Positions 26,038 to 37,324 of a stretch of 64,000 nt of DNA are shown here, in pieces (position 1 is the stretch's first letter; the number at the start of each line of letters is the position of its first letter). The position numbers and the translations under genes are program-made. The DNA comes from Lytechinus pictus (taxonomy: Eukaryota). The notes below the pieces were generated by a model. The model saw nothing but the letters and a program-made list of their open reading frames with translations, was not told where the DNA came from and did no database searches. The DNA is taken from contig NC_087246.1 of the NCBI RefSeq assembly GCF_037042905.1, forward strand, positions 3,474,001-3,538,000, given 5' to 3'.

Positions 26038-26289
26038 CTTCTGTAGCGCTTGATACAATGTTTCTAAGCACTGTATACTATTGCCCCAGCTTTAGCACGG
26101 CTACTCTTATCGGACACTCAAGCATTCAAGAAATTTCCTCCTACCAGGTTCTCATTTACTACACCTGGGTAGAGAGTGGCAAATGTAGATAAGCGCCTTG
26201 CCAAAGGACGCGAGTGCTGCGGTGGGATTCAAACCCTGGACCTGGTGGTTCAAAGTCCAGAAACTTATCCACTGAGCCACAATCACCTC
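26038..26289 (-). mobile_element. tRNA-derived SINE (tRNA-Gln-like head, CORE-like body, LINE-type tail)
   Basis: Reverse strand shows TGGCTCAGTGG A box, GGTTTGAATCCC B box, gtcctttggcaaggcgcttatc...acccaggtgtagtaaatg core and aagcgctaca tail. Confidence 0.8.
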
Positions 26290-26349
26290 TTCATAGATAA
26301 ATAGGATTTAAAATCAAGACCAGAACTAGTAGATTATTATATATATAAA

Positions 26350-26600
26350 GATTATTATACATTATCATTGTTGTCATTATCAATGATAATGAATAATAAT
26401 GACAGTGGTAATAAAATAATGAATAATGATGATAATGAAAAGTCAACAACAATGATGATAATAACAATAATGATAATGACAATAATGATAATAATGATAA
26501 TAAAATAATAATGAAAATGATAATTATAACAATGATGATAATAATAGTAATGAAAATAATTATAATGATGATAATGATAGATCTTATTATGATTAGGATA
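26350..26600. repeat. (AAT/GAT)n degenerate microsatellite
   Basis: ataatgataataat runs. Confidence 0.9.
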
Positions 26601-27660
26601 ACAAATACAGTAGACAATGACTACATTTGCAGATAAGTTTGATATTTTACTTCTTTGTTTTGTCATCAAGAATGGTTTAAGTCTGAATGATATTCTGACA
26701 AAAATGGTCAAATTCAAATGTCTCGTGTCAATGGCGTAACAAGCTCAAAACTTTGAGTGGGCAAAGCATTGTGTATAATGATGATGAATATTGTGGAGCA
26801 AAATTTATAACAAAAGAAAATTGCAAGCGAGTCAAGCTAGCGAGCAAAAAAAAGACCCTCATCCAATTTTGTAATAGATTTTGACATGGTATTTAAAAAT
26901 GATTCCATATTCACTCCTCTACCTTTCGTTTTCTTCCCTTTTCTCATTTTTTATCTTGGTGTTTGAATTTGGGGGCAGTTCCCCCAAGACTTCTGTTTTA
27001 CATTTTCTTAACAAGCGAGAAAGAGAGATCCTTGAGAGGGAGAGAGATATACACACAATGGAAGAAGAGAGATGGGGTGTCACAGATGACTGGTTTGTCT
27101 ATACTACTGCAAAAATTATTTCACAAGTAATATGGTGATAGAAATTGCATCTTCTAATTTTGTATACTTTGTTTTAGGTCAAGCGTCTCAGATTGACAAG
27201 ACATAAAATAAACAGTACACTTGTTTTTATGTCAATATTCATTGGGGCCGCCCCCCCCCCCCTTGAGAAGCACAGAAGTATTTAAGGGGGATATGTCATG
27301 CATAAGCAAGTGGGGACTGACTTTTTTTTTTTGGGGGGGGGGGCTTGTCAAATTTTTCTTGTACAAAAAATGTCCCTTCCCCCTTTGGAAAATCCTGGAT
27401 CAGCCCCTGTATATATGCATGATGACCATCGATTCTGTTTTTTTTACCTCGTATTTTTGTTTTTGTCTAATGTTATTGAATATAACAATTCCTTTCGGAA
27501 ACTGTTAGGAACAGATGGGTGGATAAAGAAAAACTTGCAGGATGAAGTATGATGAAGTGTTCATGTGGGCCTATATGTTATTCATGATGATGACATAATC
27601 TCTTCCAAAATTCTCTCTTCCTGCAATGTGCCCCGTTTACTTTACAACCTTTTGAATATA

Positions 27661-29432
27661 CAGTGCGTCCCAAAAAAAACTATACACTTTTGAAATGGCT
27701 TCCAAATAAAAGATATAGCACTTTGGGGGAAATAACTCATAGATATGGAAAGCCAATAAAGTCAACTTTCAAGTGACACCAAAAAGTTGGAAAACTATTC
27801 ATGCTTGAGCGAGCACTGCCCACTGAAACAAAGGGTATGAAAATTAGGGTGGGCCGGAATTAGCCTTCCAATTTCTTTCAGGTTTTTTGTTTGGTACTTG
27901 CAAAGTTGAGGGTTATTTGGTGAATTAAAGATCAGTTGTGATCAGTTTGTTGTTTTTGAAAATTTAATGCGTTATTAAATTGAATTTATTACATTGAAAT
28001 TTAATGCATGAGTGATCGTGAATTGCAATTTTTAGTGCAGCATTTTGTCTTTATCATGTGGATCTCAACAATGTGTTTATGAAAGTCAGGAGAAGAGGGG
28101 GTAATATGACTTAGGTGGGTGAAGTACGTTGATGGGATAAAGGTCAACAGAACATTTAGCAACCCCTCCCTCCATCTCAACCCCCCCCCCCCCCCCGCTT
28201 CTCTCCTCCTCGGACACTAAGCTCGGCTAGGCTGGGCAGGAATTAGCCTTACAGTTTTTTTGAGTGGTTAGTCCTTGCGAACTTGCTAAGCTAAATTAAT
28301 GAGTGAGATAAGTTTTGGTTTCTTAGGCAAATTTCACGAGTTACTAAATTGAAATTTAATGCATGAGTGAACAGGAATTGAAATTTTAGTGTAGCATATT
28401 CATCTTGTGGACCTCAGAAGTGTGTTCGTGAGAGTCAGAGTAATGTGATGGTACCTGTTACAAGCAAGAGGGCGAGATATGCCAAGACTTGGTTAAAAGG
28501 GCATTCCTCTTCTTTTTGTCCTTTTACAAATTAAAAGTCATAATTATGTACCCTCCCCTCTCCACCTCCATTTCCCAGCCCCCCTCTCTGTCTCACTTCC
28601 TGGATTGTAGCCTATTCAAAACTAAGCTGCCAAGTGACCGATGGCTGATGGTCACTTTTTTTATTGAATTATTACCAAGAAATTTAATGATTATGATGAT
28701 TAATGAAATAATTTATTGAAAAAAAAACTGAATGTTTGATTGATCACGTTGCACATTGAAAGAGTTGATTTACTGATAAATTGTTGATGAAATGATTGAA
28801 AGGAAAAAGTTGATGCCCCAATTCAGAATTAATCATTAAATCAACATTCCGCTCTGGACTTCACGCGTACATGACAATAGCCATCAGTCTCTCAACAGGA
28901 GGGGAGGGCGGGAAAGAGAGAGGGGGTGGGGGCTGAATGTTCTGTTGACCCTTATTCCATCAACCTACTTCTCCCACTTAAGTCCTATCTCATCCCCTAT
29001 TCTCCCGACTCCCATCATGAACACACTGCTGAGATCCACATGATAAAGTTGAAATGCAGCCCCAAAAGTGTAATTTGTGTTCACTCATGCATTAAAGTTC
29101 AATTTAATAATTTATAAAATTTGCATAAGTAACCAAAACTGGTCACGGTTGATCATTAATTTATCACAACGCCCTTAACTTTGCAAGTCCGAAAGGATTT
29201 GCCTCTTAAAAACTGTCATAAATTGGAAGGCTAATTCCAGCCCACCCTAATTTTCATACCCTTTGTTTCAGTGGGCAGTGCTCGCTCAAGCATGAACAGT
29301 TTTCCAATTTTTGGTGTCATTTGAAAGTTGACTTTATTGGCTTTCCATATATGTAAGTCTTTTTCCCCAAAATGTTATATTTATTATTTGGCAGCCATTT
29401 CAAAAGTGTATAGTTTTTTTTGGGACGCACTG
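27661..29432. mobile_element. Tc1/mariner-type non-autonomous element with ~500 bp inverted repeats and TA TSD
   Basis: TA|CAGTGCGTCCCAAAAAAAACTATACACTTTTGAAATGGC ... GCCATTTCAAAAGTGTATAGTTTTTTTTGGGACGCACTG|TA; no transposase ORF. Confidence 0.92.
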
Positions 29433-29730
29433 TATATCACTTCATATTGTTATTTCTCTTCATTCAGGTATATGATGCAAAATAAATAGAGAAGATGCAA
29501 AAGAAGTGAAAAATGAAACATATAAAAAGAGGGTAAAAAAGGGGAAAGAACCATGAAAACAGGCACAAGATTATTAAATTATAATTCAGTATATCGGAAA
29601 ATTTCAGCTCGCGCTTCACACTCGCATTCTTGTACCCCGCCAAACGAGATTTAAACTATAATGGTGCACGGTCGGGCGATCGGTTGGTCCGTGCAAACCT
29701 TGTGGGTATAACTACTTCCACAGTTTTTAA

Positions 29731-30569
29731 AGGTCAAGTCGACCCCAGAAAAAAAAAGAATAAATAGAGAAAAATAAAACAAGCATAACCCTGGAAATTC
29801 AAATAAAATCGGATGTAGAATAAGAAAGTTTTATGACATTTTAAAATTTCGCTTATTTATCAAAGTACGGTTATTTTTAAGCAGAAATCAGTGACATGCA
29901 AATTAGAGAGTCGATGATGTCCCTCACCATTGGCGGCGGAAGCCAAAAATTTTAGGGGGGACCACGGCCAAAATTTTTCGACAAGCCAAAAAAAAAAAAA
30001 AAAAAGGTTATCAACCAAAAATTTGAGGGGGGGACGCAGGAAACAAAATTGACAAGCAAAAAAAAAAGGTAATCAACCTCAAATTTAGGGGGGATCGTCC
30101 CCCCACCTCAAATTTAGGGGGGACACGTCCCCCCGCCCCCCCCCCCCGCTTCCGCCGCCTACGTCCCTCACTCACTATTTACTTTTTTTGTGTATTGTTT
30201 GAGGTATACAAATATTTCATTTTTTTTAGATTTGACAATAAGGACCAACATAACCTATGAAAACAATGGTAATAGCACATGTTCAGGGAGGAATAAAACC
30301 TTGTTTCACATGACAATGAGGAGAAGATTAGAATATTTCGTATATCATATAATGAAATACAAAACAAATGGTGAGTTGGTGACGACATCAGTCCCCTCAT
30401 TTGCATACCAATCAGGATGTATTTATAACTGTTTAGTGGAATTACGCGTGACTTAAAATGTCATAACTTTCTTATTTTTATTTTACACCCGATTTAATTT
30501 TTTTTAGTGTATATGCTTGTTGGATTTTCTCTTTTTATTCAAATCCACTTGTTGGGGTGGACTTGTCCT
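29731..30569. mobile_element. Kolobok-type MITE carrying a nested hAT MITE
   Basis: TTAA|AGGTCAAGTCGACCCC...GGGGTGGACTTGTCCT|CTAA; homologous to 10674-11243. Confidence 0.85.
29928..30163. mobile_element. hAT MITE with 8-bp TSD tccctcac
   Basis: CATTGGCGGCGGAAGC ... GCTTCCGCCGCCTACG; TSD at 29920-29927 and 30164-30171; related copy ~45789-45973. Confidence 0.9.
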
Positions 30570-31901
30570 CTAAAAATTCTCACGAAATTTGCTTAATTGA
30601 AGTTAAGATGTGTTGCTACGGTAGCGATTTATTTTGGCAAAATAGACCAAAAAAAATATTGCGTGTTGGAAACTTTATTCGGCATATAGGCGGGGTATTA
30701 ATCACTTTTAGTGATTTTTTAAAAGTTGATTTTGTTCTTTGCAAAGTACCTGCACTTAAATCTTCAGTCTTAAGGACTGGCCTCCCACACACACTATATA
30801 GCGTACAGATAGCCATGCCCCCCCCCCTCCCCAAAATGTTTCATGACCAATAAAGGGAGAAAAGGGAAATGGTGAAGACGAGTCAAAATCTATCACAAAA
30901 TAGATTCTTGTATTCAAAATGTAAAAAATTTGCCCGCTCGCATCACTCACTTGCAGCTTGTCCTAGATTTTCAATGAATTAAAAATAAATTCAATCTTTC
31001 ACCTTTTATCTATATTTTGTACATGCCCTTTGGCCTTCCTTGATTCTCGCATTCATTTGACAAAGTTGGCGCACTTGACCCACCCCCCCCCCCAAAAAAA
31101 AAAAAAAACCTACAAAACATTCACATTAGCATGGGATTATCACTTAAGTTTGTTTGATGATATAGTTTGATTTACCATATTTCTCTTCTCCATGCTTAGA
31201 GGGTTTATCTTTTTCCTCTATCCAATATACCTCGAAATAAAAGTTAAAATAAGAAGAAAATCTCATCCTTCGAGGATAACCCCCCCCCCCACCAGTCCCT
31301 CGGGGGGGGGGGGCGTAACGATTTTAAAGGGGACTGGGCCAAAAGGGGGTGCTTAATATCACATTATGATGGTCATTTTTCACGCGTTTGTACATGGTTA
31401 CTGAAAAATAACGGGGGATGGAGCCAACTGTCCCCCCCCCCCCGACCCCGTGGTCTCACTCTAAAATCGTTTCATCAAAACGAACTTTATGACTCAGTTA
31501 AGCGTGGGTACGGTTGGAATCAGCTTTTTTTTTCTCTGTTCACTCAAACATTACAACAAAATAAATTTTCGATCTGGAACAATTGGTAATAGAGCGCTTG
31601 GATGAATGGTTCGAAGCATTTTATTTTACATTATTTTGATTTGTCTGCGTTGTATTAAGTGCGCACACAGACTCAATACTCCATGCATGCAAAGACAATG
31701 TTCGATTATTATTTTATCACCCACTGTCAATAGTATGCATGACTATAGTGGCTACACACCTAATAGGATTTTAGTAGTAAACGGCTTCCGTATCTGATCA
31801 AACCAAGTTCACTTTTACCTAATTCATTATAGCCTATAATAGCTTACTTCTGGTCTTGCTTTGGATTTTATTATTGTGCCTTTGGATTATAAATATAAAC
31901 T

Positions 31902-32022
31902 ATGGCGGAGCAGAGAGAGGAACATCCAAAACACCAAGAAAACTCTCAGATATTGAGTGACTCTGAAAGGTGGGAAATGGTGGAGTTGGCCAAGTTCGCT
32001 GAAATGACGGAGAGATATGAAG
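31902..32022 (+). CDS. Divergent 14-3-3 first coding exon (MAEQREEHPKHQENSQILSDSERWEMVELAKFAEMTERYE+G); alternative 5' exon or exon 1 of a decayed paralogue
   Basis: actATGG Kozak context with an in-frame TAA 6 nt upstream; 40 codons + G, then gtaatt donor (phase 1). 10 of 18 residues are identical to the canonical exon at 42369 and the intron position is the same. Confidence 0.8.
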
Positions 32023-33772
32023 GTAATTGTCCATAACAACTTTTTTTTTAATTACAAACTGACCGCTGCGGCTATTGAAGGGCCGCTATACTTATGCTTA
32101 ATGTACTTATACCGTGGTTGTTTAGCTGTATGCATGTCGTGAACTGTGGAATTCCCCAAATGCTGACTGAAGAGTCATGATGTATACGGTAAAATTGATT
32201 TGTCAATGTCTATTTGTTAATATTTTGAAATTATGTAAATGAATCATTTTTAGTTGAATATGTGGAAAGTTACTGTAGGTTTTAACCTCTAAAATATTTG
32301 CATCTCTGACCAAAAAATCTAAAATGCAATTTTTTTTATTTACTAATATATTCCAACAGTGATCATATCTTGAATACAATTGAATATACTATCTCTCTGT
32401 GATGTGCGAGTGGAATTAATTATAAACCACCATTAAGCATTATAGACCCTATTCAATATAGTTTCAATTTCGGTCAGAATTTGAATATCCTCTGCCCGGA
32501 TTCTCTGTTTTATAATCCTGTTTCCGAAACAAGGAAATCCGATCACCGGTTCAAATCAAGTAAGAGTCATTCAAAACCGAATTAAACATTGATAATTAGA
32601 TTGTGATTATTGTGGACCTTCAGTTTTTAAAACCCTGATGTCAATTAGGAGAGCAGTACCACGGTGCAAGGTTTGGAGATCAAGGTCAATGTTTGCCCAA
32701 AAAAAATACTTTTTCATTTTTTGTTGTTGACTTTTTTCCCCCCAAAGCGATGCCAACATTGGTGATCAAGTCAAGACTTCAAGAATTTTGTTTTCTTGTA
32801 AAGTCTTGGCTTTATCACTTAATGAATTGTATGGATTGGCTATATTAATTTTGTTTACAATCAATGTGTGAATCTGTTTCTCTCTTGCTTCTTTTAGTGG
32901 TTAGTGTTTCGCTCCCTATCCTCTTTAGTTGAATAAAGAGAAAATCTCGTTAATGCGATCGTGATAGGGCATAGGCCTACCCTGCAGCATAAGATCGGGC
33001 TCAACGAGCCCAATCTCAAGTTTCCCACAGTAAATTATGCCAAATGTTCTATTTTACAATAGAGTGAAATTTAGGCCTATTCACGTATCCAAGGTTGAAA
33101 AGTATTACTTATGATAAACATCTGTTTCAGATTTTTTGTCAGATTCAGATTCATTTATTTCACACCTTTTTAAAATACACATATATGTTCGGCGGGTCCG
33201 TTCATGCAGGGTCAATTTCAAAAGTTCTTGGACGAGTATGATGTTCACCTTGTAATGAGAGTAAGTTAATCTGACGTCAGAGTAACATTACTCCTCAGCC
33301 AGAAGCGTCGATTTGGTGGGGGAAGGGGCGATAGCCCAAATGAAATTAATGAGGGCAAATATATTGACTAGCTTATTGATTTGCCCCCCCCAATAATTTA
33401 GCAATACAAATATGGAAAAATGATAAACAATACAAATAGTTTTATAAAAACAATGGAAAGCAATATAAAACCCTTGAGCTTGGCATAAAATCACCACTAA
33501 ACATACTGACTTGTCATTCTTTAACGCACTTTGTGCCCGAAATTCTTTGTAATCACTTGGCGCGCGAAAAATTTTGACATTCTTTTTTTATTTATTCCCC
33601 GGCCCTTACAAACGTGGATGGAGGACATGTCGGAGTTCCATTCTGCGCATTATCAGAAGAAGGTCATTCGGACTAAAAGTGACATGGTGGTTTAATATCT
33701 AATGAGATAAGCACCAACTTTGATGTCTTGCATGATTATTTATATATTCTTTTGAATTTTGTTTTTCATTAG

Positions 33773-33860
33773 ATCCACAGTAAACAACATTGCGTCCACT
33801 GGCGACTGGAATTTCTCAGTTGACCAAGTACATTGCTATAGCAACTTGTTGATTCATTAA
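33773..33860 (+). pseudogene. Possible eroded copy of 14-3-3 exon 2
   Basis: Strong acceptor (ttttgtttttcattag) followed by VNNIASTGDWNFSVDQVHCYSNLL, resembling [16 protein letters not shown](RNLL)SVAYKNVI at 63881; needs deletions and ends in TAA. Confidence 0.4.
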
Positions 33861-34749
33861 AGTAAACATGCAACAAATACTTTCATAGAGTGTTTATTGG
33901 TGTGCTATTCTAGTTACCTGGGCTATACAATTTCTGCATCCTGCTGTGTAAGGCATGCCTACATAATATCTTGCTTGAAATCTGCCTATCATAATGTAAA
34001 AAATGAAAGGTCATTCGACCAAAATTGCCCATGTGGTAATACCGAACTGGTCTATTAAAATCAAGGAAAGTTTTTTTTTCATATCTGATAACTTGTCAGA
34101 CGACAAGCGCTCGAGTGATGATGCAACACTCTCCCAGCATTTACATCTCACTGCCTTTCAGGTTGAAAAGTTTGTTTGCATTTTTTCTATAATGTTTTTT
34201 ATGCTTTGTATATTTATGTTTAAATGAGAATGTGGAAAATGAATTCAACTCAATTAATAGACGATTATCGCGAACCTTCCTTTGATACAATGATAGTAAC
34301 CGTCACCTGACTATGTGCTTCTTAAATACAGGTGTTTTCCGATAGCAACTGATCTAATTAAAAAGGGGCAATTTTCCTGGTCTCGTTTTTGTTTGTTAAT
34401 GCCCCGTTTCAGAATATGCCATTCGATCAACATGTTTCAGATTTGGAGCAGCAACAAAAATGAGAAGGACGTGCCCCATTCTCGCAATATTTTCGATCCG
34501 CTAACTTCCGCGCACACAATGGGTGATTTCAAGTCCGGTGTTGGCCTTAATGTTGGTGTTGAAATTGTTGAATCATAACCATGCGCGTATTCTGGGGTGC
34601 ATTCGGGGCCCGCCCCCCCCCCCCCCCCCCCGGGTAAGAAAAAGGGGGCGCCAAAAAGAAGAAGAAAAGAAAAGGGAGATAAAAAAGGAGGGAAATAAGA
34701 AGAGAAAGAAAAAAGGGGAAAAAGAGAAGGAAAAAAAAAGAAGAGGGAA

Positions 34750-35480
34750 GGGGGCGCCAAATTGATGTTCGACATAGGGGGCGCCAAAATTATGTTTTAC
34801 TAAGGGGCGCCGAATCGATGTTCGATGACGTTCGAACTAGGGGCGCCGAATTTATGTTTTACCAAGGGGCACCGAATTGATGTTCGATATAGGGGGGCGC
34901 CGAATTGATGTTCGAAATTGGGGGCGCTGAATTGATGTTCGACTTAGGGGCGCCAAATTGATGTTCGGCATAGGGGGTGCCGAATTGAAGTTTGAAATAG
35001 GGGCGCCGAATTTATCTTCAACATATAGGGAGGCGCCGAATTGATGTTCGACCTAGGGGCGCCGAGTTTATGTTCGACATTGGGGGGGGGGTGCTAATTG
35101 ATGTTCGACATAGGGGGCGCCGAATTGAAGTTTGGCGTAGGGGCGCCGAATTGATCTCCAACCTAGGGGTGCCGAATTGGAGATTGATATAGGGGGCGCC
35201 GAATTGATGTTCGACATAGGGGGGGGGGGGCGAATTAATGTTCGACCTAGGGGCGCCGAATTGATGTTCGACATAGGCAATGATGTTTGTCCTGAGGCGC
35301 CAAATTCATGTTCAACCTAGGGAGGGGGCGCCAAATTAATATTCGATCTTTTGGCTGCCAATTTGATGTTTGTCCTGCAATGGGGCGTCAAATTTTTGTT
35401 AAACCTAGGGAGGGGCGCCAAATTTATATTCGACCATAGGGGTGCCAATTTGATGTTTGACCGGGGGCGCCAAAATCATG
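34750..35480. repeat. ~30 bp minisatellite (gggggcgccgaattgatgttcgacata)n
   Basis: More than 20 tandem units, with alternating variants. Confidence 0.92.
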
Positions 35481-36314
35481 TTTCACTCGAGTTTGGTGCT
35501 CGCGCTCGTATCAAATGCATAGTTAGATGCCCATCCTGTTCATGATTACCAAAAGTGCTCAGAAAGTCAAATTTTTAGGTCAGAATGATCAAAAAATTTC
35601 AGCTCGCGCTTCACCGTGCACTCGCATCAATTATTTTATAAAGATACCCATCCTGTTCATGATTACAAAAAAAGTGCTCAGAATGTCCAGTTTATGGGTC
35701 TAAAACTCAAAATGTTTCAGGTCGCGCTGTGCGCTCGCATAAAATGTTGAGATAGATACAGACTTTGCAAAGTTGAAGGTAGAATATCAAAAAAAAAATT
35801 CAGCTCGCGTTTCGCACTCGCATCAACTGTTATTATATACATATACCCATCATGTTCACGGTTACCATGGTTACAAAAACTGGTTAGAATATCCAATCGG
35901 GAAACACATAGATGGAAATATTTTCCACCCCCCCCCCCTATTAGCGAAAGCTGGATCCGAGTCTTGAAAAGATATGTCAGCTCCCGCTCACATGCATGAT
36001 TTTGGTAGGGCCTACTATGATGAGAAGTTGACAATTCTTGGCTTTCAGGGGGCCGTTTCATAAAGCTGATCGTAGAACAACCAGGTGATCCTTTCTTTTT
36101 AGAGCGTATGAAAGGATCGCTCTTAACTTACGAACAGCTTTATGAAATACCCACCTGGTCAAATTTATTATTTTCAAAAAGTGGTTTGACGACATATTCA
36201 TGGATATTTTATTCATGAACTTATTAAAAAAATGGTCTTCAATTGCCCCTTTTCACGTGATTATGAAATAAGATCATTCAACATGCATTTAAGGCACCTT
36301 TGTTTGCCTGGCGG

Positions 36315-36855
36315 CAGTGGCGTAACTACGGGGAGGTGCACGTGCCCCCCCCCCCTCACCCCCATCGGCTGGCAAAAAAAAACTGAGGAAAAGGAGAAAA
36401 AGGAGGAAGAAAGAAATAGAAACGTAATGGGGGAGAAGAAATTATTGTATATTATATTACATATATTATATTATAACATAAGAAATATTTTTGCATAACT
36501 TTATGAAACATTATTTGCTTAATAGGACCTATGTGTTCATCATTCTTGGTGCTCACATTGTCTGTTTAATCCTGTTTTACTAAAACATCCCGTTTTCGCG
36601 CTCGCATTGTATGTTTAGTGAGACAGATACGTATCATGATTACAAAAATTTGCTCATAATGTCCCTTTTTTAGGTCTGAATACAAAAATATTCAGCTCGC
36701 GCTTCACGCTCGCGTTATTTGATCAGTGAAATACATAGCCTTAAGTCCTTGAAATGTTTCTATTAGGTCGGTATATCTGGCAATCACTAGGTGACTCAAA
36801 CATTTTGCTGGTGCCCCCCCCCCCCCCCCATGCCGTGACCCACGATACGCCACTG
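36315..36855. mobile_element. hAT MITE nested in the 34580-36949 element
   Basis: CAGTGGCGTA...TACGCCACTG; TSD cctggcgg/cctgacgg (7 of 8). Confidence 0.85.
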
Positions 36856-37218
36856 CCTGACGGGAGGGGGGGCGCCATTTTCCAAAAGTTCACAGGGGCG
36901 CCAAAATTAGGTCGGGCCCCCGGGTTGCAAAATCATGGATACGCGCCTGATAATATGATAGGCCTATACGTAATCCCTACTCGCTGTTTGCCACGTATCC
37001 CTGGGGAATACTTGAGAGAAAGTGGGAAAATGCTACTTAAATGACAATGAATCGATTGCAATAATAGTCTCTATCTTAAAATATGCAAACATTTTCCAAA
37101 TAAAACAAAATGAAGTAAGGACCGATTCTCACCAAATATAGAAAGTGGGGTTTTCATCATGCTCTACCAGAATATGGCATCAAAAATTCTGAATGAGGCA
37201 AAAAAAGAGAGGTTAGTT

Positions 37219-37324
37219 TGTGACGTTCTTCAACGAGAGACCAACGTCCTATATCATATAGGACGTTGGTCTCTCGTTGAAGAACATGATATAGGACGTT
37301 GGTCTCTCGTTGAAGAACATCACA
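37219..37324. repeat. Perfect 30-bp-arm palindrome with a tandemly duplicated right arm
   Basis: Arm 37225-37254 is the exact reverse complement of both 37256-37285 and 37289-37318. Confidence 0.95.

Larger units (their letters stand above)
29629..30720. mobile_element. Helentron/DINE-like host element split by a Kolobok MITE
   Basis: taccccgcc near 29633 and ggcggggta near 30689 are subterminal inverted repeats flanking the insertion. Confidence 0.55.
34580..36949. mobile_element. hAT-type non-autonomous element containing minisatellite arrays
   Basis: catgcgcgtattc ... ggatacgcgcctg termini; TSD degenerate. Confidence 0.6.

Noticed and set aside
26215..26289. tRNA-Gln gene on the minus strand
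   Set aside because: It continues into a CORE-like SINE body and LINE-type tail; not a standalone tRNA.
25526..26717. Ile/His-rich ORFs of 108-120 aa
   Set aside because: They are translations of (ATC)n and (AAT)n microsatellites.
34441..34465. Possible terminal exon of a 14-3-3 paralogue (DLEQQQK* or IWSS...)
   Set aside because: Too short, with no recognisable intervening 14-3-3 exons; indistinguishable from chance.
34750..35480. CRISPR-like array of ~30-bp repeats
   Set aside because: Units are contiguous with no unique spacers, there are no cas genes, and the context is eukaryotic; it is a minisatellite.
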